Source of the DNA: an uncultured Planctomycetota bacterium
GTDB lineage: Bacteria > Planctomycetota > Planctomycetia > Isosphaerales > Isosphaeraceae
Direction: 5' to 3'
Length of the DNA: 64,000 bases
Assembly: GCA_963823665.1 (NCBI GenBank)
Contig: CAWGMQ010000008.1
Span: 480,001 to 544,000 of the forward strand
Of the stretch, positions 41,382 through 55,500 are shown piece after piece. The position numbers were made by a program, and so were the translations under genes. Each line of letters begins with the position of its first letter. The first letter of the stretch is position 1. The notes under the pieces are model-generated. The model saw only the letters and a list, made by a program, of their open reading frames with translations, did no database searches and had not been told where the DNA came from.

Positions 41382-41510
41382 GATTCAAGACACCCAGCGT
41401 TTTGGCGAATTTGAGGCAGCCACGGACGGATCACTCGCAGAGAATGGGTGTCCGGCTGCGCCTTTCCCCGCACGGTCTCATCTTTGGCTCCCGACAAAAG
41501 GGTGGGTATC
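41382..41510. repeat. Dispersed repeat copy 3
   Basis: GATTCAAGACACCCAGCGTTTTGGCGAATTTGAGGCAGCC...AAAGGGTGGGTATC. Confidence 0.85.
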
Positions 41511-41749
41511 TTGCTTCCCATCGCGCCGCGCAGCGCCGCGCGCATTCCCCGACGCTCGACCAGTGCGGCAAAAAATCACAGCCTCGGCGCGAAGGGCGAC
41601 AATGGGCGAAGTGCGGCGCAAGCCAGTTCGACCGAGGCGCCCGGTTTCGGGCGGCAGGGAAACCGGCCGAGCCGGGAAGCTGGGTTGCGCGGTCTGCCCT
41701 GCGCCGAGCCCTCCGCCGCCTGCGGCGGCACCTCCACCACGCGGGGGGA

Positions 41750-43030
41750 CAGGGCTGTTGACTAATTGAGGATACCCAGTTTGGCGAAGAGCGTCCGGAC
41801 TTGGGAAGCATTGCGACGAACGGACTCGGCGATGTTGGTCGCGCCAGTGATTCGAAGGAATCCGATCGCTGCATTACGCAGCGCAGCCATGATTTCCGGA
41901 CCGGACCCCTTGCGGATTCGGCTCTTATCCTCGGCGAACGTGACGTCACGCACGTAGTGGGATCGATTCTCGATGGACCAGTGGCCCCGTCCCCAAGCAA
42001 GCAAATGGCTGGCGTTGCCGAGAGCGCGGGGAACGCTGGTAATGAAATAGCGAGTCTCGTTTGAAACCTCTCCGCCTTGCTCAACCACACTCTCAATCTG
42101 CCCGACCTGAGCCACGCCGGGCCAATCCAGATACTCATTCAATGCTGTCGTTGCCTTCAAGGTGCGGCGTTCACGACGACCATGGCCCTTGTCTATGCTC
42201 GTGGTCGTGTCCTGCGCCTGTTCCCAGATTCGTCGCTGTTTAGGGGGAAAAAGCCGCCTCGGTTGATGCGTCGAAGGCGGCCTTAATATCGTTGAGGAGC
42301 GTCGGCTGGTTGTCCTTCACAAACCAAAAGTAGTGGCCGCGTGCATCGATGACCTGCTGGGAAAGATCACGCTGGCAGAACATGGCGTCGCCGGTTACCA
42401 CTCGCCCCTCCAGAACGATACCTCGGAGCAACTGAAGAGCTGTCTTGTGCTCGTTGGTCTTGTTTTCGCCGCCGTTGGGGACCTGTGTCTGAGCCAACGT
42501 TAATCCCGACTCGTGCGCTACCAAGGAGAGCAGGTGGACCGCCTTCTCGAGGCCGTCGAAGCTGCCACGAGCTGTCTTGCCATCGAGAGCAAAAGCTTCC
42601 GGCGGCGAAGGCTCGCTTGAGACTGGACGGTCCAGCAACGATTCGGCCCACCGGCTCAGAGCGTCCTCGAAGGCCTTTGGGTCTAATGCGATCAGAACCT
42701 TGCGAATGCCGCCCATCTTCGGAGGTCTGCGAGTGAAGCCAAGTCGATGCATCAGCCCGATGTCTTGGTCCCGTGCCCATTGCGCAATGGCAGAATAGCT
42801 CTTCGCACCACACATGACGGCACAACACACCAACGCAAGAATGGCCGACAGCGGATGTTGTCGGCCATGCCGACTGCGAGGATCGGGAACAACGGCAAGA
42901 AAGGAAAGAAGACTGCCGGTGGTTTGGGCTTCCATGCGATGCCTCCATGCCGAAAATCCTTGGTGTGGGCGGTTTCCATACCGATAGAACCTTTCCTATC
43001 TGCCTCAGGCTCAATCTGTCAACAGCCGTG
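41750..43030 (-). mobile_element. ISAs1-family insertion sequence (1281 bp)
   Basis: 13-bp terminal IRs CAGGGCTGTTGAC (41750-41762) and GTCAACAGCCGTG (43018-43030, 1 mismatch); 6-bp direct repeat GGGGGA at 41744-41749 and 43031-43036. Confidence 0.92.
41762..42935 (-). CDS. ISAs1 DDE transposase split into two frames at a T5C5 site (42243-42252)
   Basis: DPRSRHGRQHPL, ALDGKTARGS, NE, TGDAMFCQR, VKDNQPTL in ORF1; KGHGRRERR, RGHWSIENRSHYVRDVTFAED, LRNAAI in the +1 frame. Confidence 0.9.
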
Positions 43031-43546
43031 GGGGGAGGAACGCGTTGCTTTTCGATAACTTTTAGTTACATTGTTAGTTCAAGTTTTGTCTGTAACCGCG
43101 CGATTGCGGTTGCGGAGACAAGGCTTCGATCACGATCGTTGGAGCAGGGCCGGCCGTCTCGTTACGTCGAGTGTATGTTGAACGCCGAACAGACCGGGCC
43201 GAAGGCGGCGGAGCCGCTTCGACGCGCTCCAGGTCATCCGCTGTGAAGCGCAGGGAATTGTGGTCGCCCGCGTGAGCGCGACCGAGGAGATCGTGGAAGA
43301 GATCTTTTGGCGGCATCGCCGGCTGGTCAAAGGAAATCGGGCGATTCTGGAATGATTTTGTCCGGATTGCGGGCGCCGGCGCTGTATGGACATAGAGGCT
43401 CCGTCGAGAACGGAAGCGAACTGCGCCAGGAATTGGCTTGAACGGCCGGTATCGGGCCGCGTCCAGGGCGCTCCGACCTTGGACAAAATGCAACATCCAC
43501 GCTGAAGACTTGTGGTCAGAGATTCTTGAGCCGCGAGGCATGCACC

Positions 43547-46500
43547 ATGGATAAAAGTCGTCGTTCGGATTCCCGGCGCACGAAGGTTCCCGCGAAAAGT
43601 AAGAACCGGCGCGTGCTGGTGATCGAGATTCTTGAAAAGCGATTGCTGCGCTCGGTGTTCCCCGTCACCACGAACGATGACAACGGCACCGGGTCACTGC
43701 GCTCCGAGATCGCTCTGGCCAATGCGGATCCGATCGCGAATGGGCGGGACATGATCGAGACCAGTTCGTCGAGCTTGGGGACGATCTACCTCCTGTCGAC
43801 TCTGCCGCCGGTGACCCGTCCCGACGTGACGATCGAAGGCCTCAACATCGACGGGAGCAACATCAGCAGTAGCAACGGCCCGGGAGTCTACAACGGACTG
43901 ACCATCCAGGGCACCGGCAACGCGGTCATGGATCTTGACGTCTCCGGCTTCAGCGGGACGGGGATCCTGGTGATGGCGGGCTCGGTTCAGATCACGCAAA
44001 GTCAGATCGTCGACAATGGGGCAGATGGGGTCGATGTGGACGGAAGCTCGGCCGTCGTCAGTGACAATGTGATTTCAGGAAATAAGGGCAACGGACTCAC
44101 GGTGAGCGGCCCGGGCGGATCGAACTCCTTGATTGTCGGCAACATGGTCGGGCTGAACGCCGCGGGCAACGCGGCTGACGCGAACGGCGGATCCGGTGTC
44201 GTGATCAGCGGATCAAGCGGCAACACGATTGGCGGCACGGCGGCCGGAGCGGGCAACGTCATCAGCGGAAACAGCCAGTTCGGGATTGAGATTAATGGAT
44301 CATCGAGCAACTTGATGATCAACAATATCATCGGGCTGACGGCCGATTCTTCCGCCGCGCTCGGTAACGGCATCAATGGAATCAACATCGAGAACGGTTC
44401 GACTTCCAACACGATTGGTGGCACCGGGCAGGATGACGGCAATCGGATCGTTTGCACTGATCCGGGATTCTCTGCCATCGGGATCGGCAATGACGGTGAT
44501 GGATCGAACGACAATTTGATCGAGGGGAACACAATTAATCTCAGCGCCGATGGCAACTCCTCGCTGGGTGTCGGCAACGGGATCTACATCGGGTCCGATC
44601 ACAACACTGTCGGGGGGACTGCGGCGGGGGCGCGGAACGTCGTCGTGGGCGCGGGGGGATACACGGCAATCTGGCTGAACTCATCCGGGTCGTTCGATAA
44701 TCTGATCGAAGGGAACTATGTCGGCACGACCGCCGACGGAACTGGCTCCGCCGACGGCGGCACCGGATTCTCGATCGACTTCGCCTACGACAATACGATC
44801 GGCGGGAACGTTTCTGGTGCTGGTAACGTGATCTCTGGAAACGCCGGAGACGGTATCGATTTCCAGAACGCAGATGGAAACATCGTCGCTGGGAACTTGA
44901 TCGGGACCGGGGCGACCGGGACGTCCGCGGTTCCAAACGATTCCGGTGGAATCGTCCTCGAGCAGGGCTCCTCAAACAACACGATCGGCGGATCAGTCGC
45001 GGGTTCTGGAAACGTCATCGCAGGTAACGGTGGTTACGGCGTGATCGACAACGCCCAGGGCACGCAGTCAAACTATCTGACCGGGAACCACATCGGCGGC
45101 AACGCCTCGACGAGCAGTGCGCTCCGTAATGCCAGCGGAGGGGTTCTCGCATCGGGCGGCGCTGCTCTGTCCATCGGTTCCGGATCGGTGATTTCCGGCG
45201 GAATCATGGTCTCACAGGGCGCCGTCATGGAGGTTCGCGGATCGGGCGATCACATCAGCGGAAAACTAAAGATCGAGTCGAGTCAAGGTTCTCAACGTCT
45301 TCGGCTCGAGCAACTCGTTCTCAGGTGGAGTGACAGCCAAGAGCGGCGGCCCGCTGAGCGTTTTCGGCACGAATAACCGCATCAGCGGTGGAATTCTCAT
45401 CAGCGGGGGCAACATCACGGTCTTTGGCAGCGACAATTCTGTCTCAGGCTCGGTGGAGCTGAATGGGAGCGGGCTGCTGAAGCTGACCGGTACGAGCGAC
45501 AAGTATTCGGGTAGCGCCTCGGAGAACGGCGATGCCGCCGTGCAGATTTACGGCAAGGACAACGCGATGTACGGCAGCCTCGCGATCAACGGGGGCGCGT
45601 CGCTCGCCGTGGGCTCAAACGCGCTGCTTGCGGGCATTGTGACGGTCAACGATTCCGGCCACGTCGACATCACCGGCTCCAACAACCGGATCGCTGGGGG
45701 AATCGTACTCGACAACAGCAAAAGGATGACCGTCGCCGGGTCTGGCAACGCGGTGTCAGGCGACCTGACGGATGCCGGAGGCGCGCCCATTCATATTTCC
45801 GGCAGCCTGCTCATCAGTCGTGGTGTGCTGACACTCGAATCGAATGCCGTCATCACGGGAAGCCTGACGGTCAATAGAGCCGGAGCTGTGCACATCTCGG
45901 GGTCAAATAACGTGATCTCGGGCAACGTCGGGCTCGGCACGGCTCAGCAGGGTTCGGGTCACGGCTCCACCATTAGCAGAGGCATTCTCACGGCCTCCGG
46001 CTCGTCGAACAGGATTACCGGTAGCCTGTTAGTCAAGGCGGGCGCTTTGACCATCTCCGGCACGGGCGCGTCGCTCGCGGTCGACGGCGCCACGACCTTC
46101 GCGAGTGCGTCGTTCTTTGGGGGAGGAAGCCTGCTGGTCCAGGACGGGGCTTCGTTCACCGCGAGTGGGTCTGTGATGGTCTCCAGCGGCACACTGTCGG
46201 TCGCGAGCGGCGGCACGATCAGTCTTCCGGGACTGACATCAGTCCCGGCGGAGAGTTTCGACGTCGACTTCAGCGCTCAGGGCACCAACAGCGAGATCAA
46301 TCTCTCGAATCTGACGAGCTTTGCGGGCTCCAGCAACAGTATCGAGGACACCAATGGCGCCACGGTGCTGCTCAACAACGCGCTGACCAGCATCGACGGC
46401 GCGATTATCACGGTGGACGCCACAGCACACATCAATCTCGGTCAACTCGTCAAGTTGACAAACGGCGGCCTGACGGTCGACGGGGGCTCGTACACGCTGT

Positions 46501-49500
46501 CAAACCTGTCTGATGTTGACGGATCGATCTTCGAGGTACAGGACGGCGGCAGCCTGGATTTGCCTGCCGTGGATGACATCGCGTACGGAACCTCAGCGGG
46601 TTTTCCCGCTACGACGTTCGATGCTGGGAATTATGTCTATCCAGGCAACCTCATCTCAGCGGGCGTCATCAGCCTGCCAAACCTGGAGTCGATCAGCGTT
46701 CCCTTTTACGGCGTGAATATCGGCTCTCTGGGCTCAGGGAGCCAGGTGGCTGTTCCGAAACTGACCACAATCAACGGGGGCAGCCTCAGCGTCACGAGCG
46801 ACGGCAGCGTCCTGGACGGCAGCCTGACGAGCTTGAACGCTGTGGTGGTGAACCTCGATGGGACGGGTACGATCCAGACGAGCCAGTGGGTGAGCCTGAC
46901 AAACGGCACCTTGAGCGTCAGTGGAGACTATTCATCGACGACGTCGCCGCCCTTTGCAAGCCTCTCGAACATCGACGGGTCGACCATCTCCGTGGGAGGA
47001 ACAGCAGGTGATCTGACGCTTCCCGGCGTCACCAGCATCTCGATTGACTCGCCTGATTACGGCTCCACGACCCTCCAGGCCGGCGATTACGAAGACGGCA
47101 CCCTGCTTTCGACCGGCGCGCTGAGTTTGCCTGATCTGACCACGATCTCAACGGACGGGAATTATGTGCAGATCTCGGCTGAGGGGGATGGGAGCGAAGT
47201 GATTCTCCCGGAATTGACGAGCGTCACCGCGGCAGGTGGAGATAGCGTCGTCAATATCCAGGCCCAGGTGGGTGGCCAGATTCTACTTCCCGCGCTGACC
47301 CAGGTTAATGCCAACGGCCCGAACTTTGGTGAGTTCGGAGTCGCAATCGAGTCGACCGGCGCTGGCAGCATCATCGACCTCACCTCGCTGACCACCATCT
47401 CGGCCGGAGGCTCCGGAGCCACACTTAACTCCACGAGCGGCGGCGCCATCAGTCATCCCGAGCTCACGTCGCTCGACGGTGTGACCATCGTCACCGATCC
47501 GACCGCCACGCTTGCGGTGCAAGATGAAGCCACCTATTCATTCACCGGCGGGGCAAACATTGTCCAGACCGGAACTTTCGAGATCGAGGGCGCTCTCAGC
47601 GTCCAGAATACGGCCACACTCAACGTCAAGGGCTCGATCACGGTCGACAGCGAGGGCGCGATCGCGACGTCACCGGGAAGTACCATCGATGTCAGCGGCA
47701 ATTTGCTGGGCGCTACCCTGAACTCGGATGCCTTCGCACCGCAAGGAAACGTCGTGTTCGACGGTGCCGGAGGCACCAGCAACCCACCACAACGCCTCGA
47801 AGCCATGTCGGAGGACATGGGGAACGTCACGGCCGGTTACACCAACAACTTCGATTACGGCACGCTCAAGCTGACCGCCAACACGTACGTCGAGCTGGTT
47901 GACCAGTCCGCCAACTCCCCGGGTAATGCGCCCAACGCCGTGTACGTGAACAACCTGATCGTGCCGTCCGGTGCCACCCTCAACCTGAATGGCCTGCACC
48001 TTTACGCCGTCAGCGCGACGGTCGCGGGAACCATCACCGGCGGTGTGATCTCAACGCTCACCGACGAATGGATTTCGACGGCCAGTGGGAACTGGAATGT
48101 CGGCAGCAACTGGAGCACGGGGGCCGTTCCCACAGCGAATGAACCTGTGATCATCAACGTGCCGGGGGCGAGCCCGACCATCACGATCAGCTCGGGGTCT
48201 TACTCTGTCTATTCCATCGCGGCGAGCGATCCGTTATCGATTACCGGCGGCTCGCTGACCGTCGCGGCGAACTCGACGATCAGCGGCGGCTTGTCGATGA
48301 CGGGAGGGTCGCTTGAAGCCAACGGATTGGGCGTTTCCCTCACGGTCACTGGTGCTGTGACAGTTTCGAGCGCGAGCCTCTACGCCGAAGGCGGCGCGAC
48401 GCTCGCGATTCCCGGATTGAACAATTACGCAGCCCCTGGTTTTACCACCCTCGAAGCGACTGGCAGCGGAAGCGTTCTGGACCTATCGGGCCTGACCAGC
48501 ATCTCGGATGGCTCTTACCAAGACACGGTTGAAGCGATTTCCGGCGGAACCGTCAACTTGAACAGTCTCGCCACCCTCGCCGCCAACCTGACGCTCGAGG
48601 CTGAGTACAGCGGAAGCGTTCTCAACCTCCCTGACCTCACAAGCTTCACCGTTGGCAGCGCGTTCGCCGTCGGCGGCGCCGATCTGCTCGCCGAGAATGG
48701 CGCTGCGGTTGACTGCCCACAACTCGAAGCACTCAACACTGTCTCCTTGACAGTCAGCGACACCGCCAGCGTTTCGCTCGGAAGCGTCACGAACATTGAC
48801 GGATCGAGCGTGACCGCGGAGAACGGCGCCACCGTTTCGCTACCGGGAGTTACCAGCTATTCATCGCCCGGGCTCACCACGCTCGAAGCGACCGGCACCA
48901 ATAGCGTCCTGAACCTTTCGAAGCTGAGCACGATTTCTGACACAGGCTATCAAACCGACATCGAATCGCTCTCCGGCGGGACGGTAAACCTCAACCTGCT
49001 CAGCACTCTGGTCGCCAACGTGTCACTCGAGTCACAGTCGAGCGGGAGCGTGCTCAACATTCCGGATCTAATGAGTTTCACCGTCGGCAGTGCGTTCGCC
49101 GTCGGCGGCGCGGCGCGTGCGCTCTAAGCGGGGCAACGGTCAGCTCGCCTCAACTTGCGACGCTCAACGGAGTATCCCTGACAATCACTGGCGGCGGCAC
49201 CCTCGTTGATCCAGATCTATCTACGATTATAAATAGCACGGTCACAACTGACCCAACGGGCACATTCCCGGTGCCCGCCAATGAAACCTTCTCATTTCCG
49301 AGCGGCACGACGACGATCAACACCGGAACCGTGCTTGACCAGGGCACTCTGAACGTCGACGGCACTGCCACGGTCAACATCTCGGGCGGTCTGACGATCA
49401 ACGGCCAAGGAGCCCTATCATCTTCATCGGGCACAACCCTCGATGTCACCGGCAGCCTCCTCGGAGACACCACTAACGTCGCCGGTTTCAATCCACAGGG

Positions 49501-52500
49501 CAGCGTTGTGCTCGACGGCAACGATACGAGCAGCTCGCCTCAACTCCTGGAGGCGATGTCGGAGGACCTTGGGAACGTCACGGCCGGATTCAACAACAAC
49601 TTCGCTTACGGCACGCTGAAGCTGACCTCGAACACCTACGTCGAGCTGGTAGACGAAGCCGCCAACGCGCCTGGCACTGCACCCAACGCCGTTTACGTCA
49701 ACACGCTCGTCGTGCCGTCCGGGGCAACCCTCAACCTGAATGGTCTGCACGTTTACGCCCTCAACACGACGATCGCGGGAACCATCACCGGTGGCGTGAT
49801 CTCACCGGTCACGGTCAACTGGATTTCGACGGCGAGCGGGAACTGGAATGTCGGCAGCAACTGGAGCACGGGCGTCGTTCCCACCTCGAATGAAGCGGTG
49901 GTCATCAACGTAGCGGGGGCCACTCCGACCATCACGATCAGCTCGGGCTCTGAGTCCGTGTATTCCATCGCAGCCAGCGACCCGTTATCGATCACCGGCG
50001 GTTCGTTGACGGTCACTTCCGCCTCGACGATCAGTGGTGGCTTGTCGATGACGGGCGGGTCGCTCGTCGCGAGCGGCGCGGGGACGTCGCTCACGGTCAC
50101 AGGGACCACGACGGTTTCCGTGGCGAGCCTTTATGCCGAGGGAGGGGCAACGCTGGCTCTTCCGGATCTGACCAGCTATTCCGGCGGTGGCGACTCCTCG
50201 ACGTCGACCCTGCAGGCGTCGGGCACCGGCAGCCTCCTCTCGTTGCCCAACCTGGCTAGCATCGCCGGCATCTTTGCTTCCGACTCGTCCGTTCAGGTCG
50301 GGCCCGTGTCGGGAGGGGACGTCGAGCTGCCCCTGCTAACACAAAGCACCGGGCCGGTTGTCCTGTCCAGCGCGAGCGGAAGCGGCACGCTCGACGTGGC
50401 CGAGCTGAGCACGTTCACCAGCGGGACGATCTCGGACTCAGGCGGCACACTCAGCCTTCCCTCGCTGACAAACGCGAGCTCGACCACGTTTCAGATCAGC
50501 GGCGGAGTCGCATTGTCGCTGCCGACGGTCACCAACGCCAACTATGCGAACTTCGAGGTGAGCGGCGGGGCCTCGCTCACGCTGGCGGGCCTCACCGGCT
50601 ACACGGGCGGCAGTGACTCGACGACTTCGACCGTAAGGGCGTCGGGCACCAGCAGCCTCCTGTCGTTCCCGAACCTGGCCACCATCACCGCCATCGCCGC
50701 GTCCGACTCGTTCGTGCAAATCGGGACGTCGTCGGGAGGGGACGTCGAACTGCCGCTGTTGACACAGATGACCGGGCCGGCTGTGTTGTCGAGCGCGGGC
50801 GGGAGCGGAACGCTCGACGTGCCCGAGCTGAGCACATTCATCGGCGGGACGATCTCCGACGCTGGTGGCACGCTGAGCCTGCCCTCGCTCTCAAACGCGG
50901 GCTCGACCACGTTTCAGATCAGCGGCGGAACAGCCATGTCGCTGCCCTTGGTCACCGACGCCGATTATGCGAACTTCGAGGTGAGCGGCGGTGCCTCGCT
51001 GACGCTTGCGGGCCTGATGAGCTACACCGGCGGTGGGGATTCCCACACTTCGACCCTTCAGGCGTCGGGCACCGGCAGCCGGCTTTCGCTGCCCAAGCTG
51101 GCCACCTTCACCGGCATCAGCGCCTCTGACTCCTCCGTCGATGTCAACGCACTGTCGACAGGGGACGTGGAGCTGCCCCTGTTAACACAAAGCACCGGGC
51201 CGGTCGTGTTGTCGACCAACAGCGGCAGCACGCTCGACGCGGCCGAGTTGAGCACGTTCACGGGGGGGACAGTCTCCGACTCCGGCGGCACGCTCAACCT
51301 GGCCTCGCTGACGAACGCGGGCTCGACCACGTTTCAGATCAGCGGCGGAGTCGTGATGTCGCTGCCCTTGGTCACCAGCGCCGATTATGCGAACTTCGAA
51401 GTGAGTGGCGGCGCCTCGCTGACGCTGGCAGTCCTGGCCAGCTACGCGGGCGGCGGCGGCTTCGCGTCCACGACTCTCCAGGCGTCGGGGACGGGCAGCC
51501 TCCTCTCATTGCCTGACCTGGCGACGCTCACCGCGAGCACGGCATTCGACTCCTCGGTACCGATCAATGCACTGGCATCAGGGGACGTGGAACTGCCTTT
51601 GTTAACACAGATGACCGGACCGGCTGTGTTGTCAAGCACCACCGGCAGCACGCTCGACACGGCCAAGCTGAGCACATTCAACGGGGGGACGATCAACGAC
51701 TCCGGCGGGACGATCAACCTGGCGTCGCTGACGAACGCAAGCTCAACTACTTTTCAGATCAGCGGCGGGGTCATGATGTCGCTGCCGACGGTCACCGAAG
51801 CCGACTATGCTAACTTCGAGGTGAGCAGCGGCGCCTCGCTGACGCTGGCGGGGCTGACGAGCTACACGGGCGGGGGTGGCTTCGCGACCTCGACCCTCCA
51901 CGCGACAGGGACGGGCAGCCTTCTCTCGCTGCCCAAACTCCAAACGCTCGGTGCGAGCACGGCATTCGACTCCGCGGTGCAGGTAGACGCACTGTCGTCA
52001 GGAGACGTGGAGCTGCCTCTGGTGACGCAGATTTCCGGGCCGGTTTCGCTGGAGAGCAACGGCACGGGAAGCGTGCTCGATTTGTCGGACCTGCCGAGTC
52101 TGACCGGCAACGGGGCAGCCGAGTCGCTCACGATCACCCAGGGTGGAACGGTCACGGACCCCGATCTCACGACGTTCGCCAACGTGACGATCACGTTGGA
52201 TCCGACAGCCACATTCACCGTGCCCGCGAGCGAGACCTTCACGTTCCCGAACAGCACGACGGGGATCAAGACCGGCACGGTCCTCGATCAAGGCGATCTG
52301 AATCTCCAGAATAGTGCGGTGCTCAACATCAACGGCGGCCTGACCATCAACGGGCAGGGAGGGCTTTCCACTTCCTCGAGCTCAGCTCTCGAAGTTAGCG
52401 GCAACCTGCTGGGGACCACCATCAACGCAGCCGCTTTCAATCCACTCGGAACCGTGATCCTGGATGGCGCCACAGGCACGAGCAATCCGCCACAACTCGT

Positions 52501-55500
52501 CGAAGCCATGTCGGAAGATCTGGGGAACGTCGCGGCCGGGTACAACAGCAACTTCGCATACGGTACTCTTGAGCTCTCTGCCAATACTTATGCCGAGCTG
52601 GTAGACAACTCCGCCAACGCGCCCGGCAACGCTCCCAACGCCATCTATGTCAACACGCTGATCGTACCGTCCGGGGCGACTCTTAACCTGAACGGTCTGC
52701 ATCTCTACGCGCAGACGAAGCAAGTCAGCGGAACCATCACCGGCGGCGTGGTATCACCGACGACGGTCGAGTGGACGTCGACGACGAGCGGTAGCTGGAA
52801 TGTCGGCAGCAACTGGAGCACGGGGGCGGTGCCGACGTCGAATGAGGCTGTGATCATCAAAGTACAAGGAGCCACGCCGACCATCACGATCAGCTCGGGC
52901 TCTGAGTCCGTCCTTTCGATCACGGCCAGTGATCCGCTCTCGATCAGCGGCGGGTCGCTGACCGTCGCGGCGAATTCGACGATCGGCGGCGGTTTGTCGA
53001 TGACCGGGGGGTCACTGACGGCCAGCGGTTCAGGTGTCGCGCTGACGGTAACTGGCTCGACCACGGTGACTGGGGCGAGCATCTACGCGGAGAACGCTGC
53101 GACACTGGCCCTTTCGGACCTGACCAGCTACGCGGGCTCCGGCGCCGGCTACACCACGACCCTGGAGGCCACCGGCGCCGGCAGCGTCCTGTCGCTCCCC
53201 GAGCTGGCCTCGCTCTCGAATCCGAACTCCTGCTGCGCCTACACCCAGGTCCAGGCCCTGGCTGGCGGCGACGTCGAACTGCCGGCCCTGACCCAAGTCG
53301 GCGGCGGGCCGGTCCTGCTCGAGGGCGATGGATCCGGCAGCAAGCTCAACATGTCGGCACTGACCAGCTTCACCGGCGATGGCGACGCCAATCACCTGTC
53401 CATCCTCCAGGATAGCGACGGCGCCACGGTGATGGATGCGAGCCTCGCCTCGATCAGCGGCGTGCAGATCCCGGTAACGGGTGGTACGCTGAGTTTCCCG
53501 GCGCTGACCAACGTCGTCAGCTCCGACCTGCTAGTCAGCGGCGGAGCCTCGCTCACCTTGCCCGTCCTGACCGGCTACGCGGGCTCCGGCGCCGGCTACA
53601 CCACCACCCTGGAGGCCACCGGCGTCGGCAGCGTCCTGTCGCTCCCCGAGCTGGCCTCGCTCTCGAATCCGGACTCCTGCTGCTCCTACACCCAGGTCCA
53701 GGCCCTGGCTGGCGGCGACGTCGAACTGCCGGCCCTGACGCAAGTCAGCGGCGGGCCGGTCCTGCTCGAGGCCGACGGGTCAGGCACCACGCTCAACCTG
53801 TCTGCACTGACCACCTTCACCGGCGATGGGGACGCCAATCACCTGTCCATCCTCCAGGACAGCGACGGCGCCACGGTCATGGATGCCGACCTCGCCTCGA
53901 TCAGCGGCGTGTCCATCCAGGTATCGAGCGGCACGTTCAGTTACCCGGCGCTGACCAGCGTCGTCAGCTCCGACCTGCTAGTCAGCGACGGGGCCTCGCT
54001 CACTTTGCCCGTCCTGACCGGCTACGCGGGCTCCGGCGCCAGCTACACCACGACCCTGGAGGCCACCGGCGCCGGCAGCATCCTTTCGCTCCCCAAGCTG
54101 GCCTCGCTCTCGAATCCGGACTCCTGCTGCTTCTACACCCAGGTCGAGGCCCTGGCTGGCGGCGACGTCGAACTGCCGGCCCTGACGCAAGTCAGCGGCG
54201 GGCCGGTCCTGCTCGAGGCCGACGGGTCAGGCACCACGCTCAACCTGTCGGCACTGACCAGCTTCACCGGCGATGGGGACGCCAATCACCTGTCCATCCT
54301 CCAGGACAGCAACGACGCCACGGTGATGGATGCCGACCTCGCCTCGATCAGCGGCGTGTCCATCCAGGTATCGAGCGGCACGTTCAGTTACCCGGCGCTG
54401 ACCAGCGTCGTCAGCTCCGACCTGCTAGTCAGCGACGGGGCCTCGCTCACTTTGCCCGTCCTGACCGGCTACGCGGGCTCCGGCGCCAGCTACACCACGA
54501 CCCTGGAGGCCACCGGCGCCGGCAGCATCCTTTCGCTCCCCAAGCTGGCCTCGCTCTCGAATCCGGACTCCTGCTGCTTCTACACCCAGGTCGAGGCCCT
54601 GGCTGGCGGCGACGTCGAACTGCCGGCCCTGACGCAAGTCAGCGGCGGGCCGGTCCTGCTCGAGGCCGACGGGTCAGGCACCACGCTCAACCTGTCGGCA
54701 CTGACCAGCTTCACCGGCGATGGGGACGCCAATCACCTGTCCATCCTCCAGGACAGCAACGACGCCACGGTGATGGATGCCGACCTCGCCTCGATCAGCG
54801 GCGTGTCCATCCAGGTATCGAGCGGCACGTTCAGTTACCCGGCGCTGACCAGCGTCGTCAGCTCCGACCTGCTAGTCAGCGACGGGGCCTCGCTCACTTT
54901 GCCCGTCCTGACCGGCTACGCGGGCTCCGGCGCCAGCTACACCACGACCCTGGAGGCCACCGGCGCCGGCAGCATCCTTTCGCTCCCCAAGCTGGCCTCG
55001 CTCTCGAATCCGGACTCCTGCTGCTTCTACACCCAGGTCGAGGCCCTGGCTGGCGGCGACGTCGAACTGCCGGCCCTGACGCAAGTCAGCGGCGGGCCGG
55101 TCCTGCTCGAGGGCGATGGATCCGGCAGCAAGCTCGACATGTCGGCACTGACCAGCTTCACCGGCGATGGGGACGCCAATCACCTGTCCATCCTCCAGGA
55201 CAGCGACGGCGCCACGGTCATGGATGCCGACCTCGCCTCGATCAGCGGCGTGTCCATCCAGGTATCGAGCGGCACGTTCAGTTACCCGGCGCTGACCAGC
55301 GTCGTCAGCTCCGACCTGCTAGTCAGCGACGGGGCCTCGCTCACTTTGCCCGTCCTGACCGGCTACGCGGGCTCCGGCGCCAGCTACACCACGACCCTGG
55401 AGGCCACCGGCGCCGGCAGCATCCTTTCGCTCCCCAAGCTGGCCTCGCTCTCGAATCCGGACTCCTGCTGCTTCTACACCCAAGTCGAGGCCCTGGCTGG

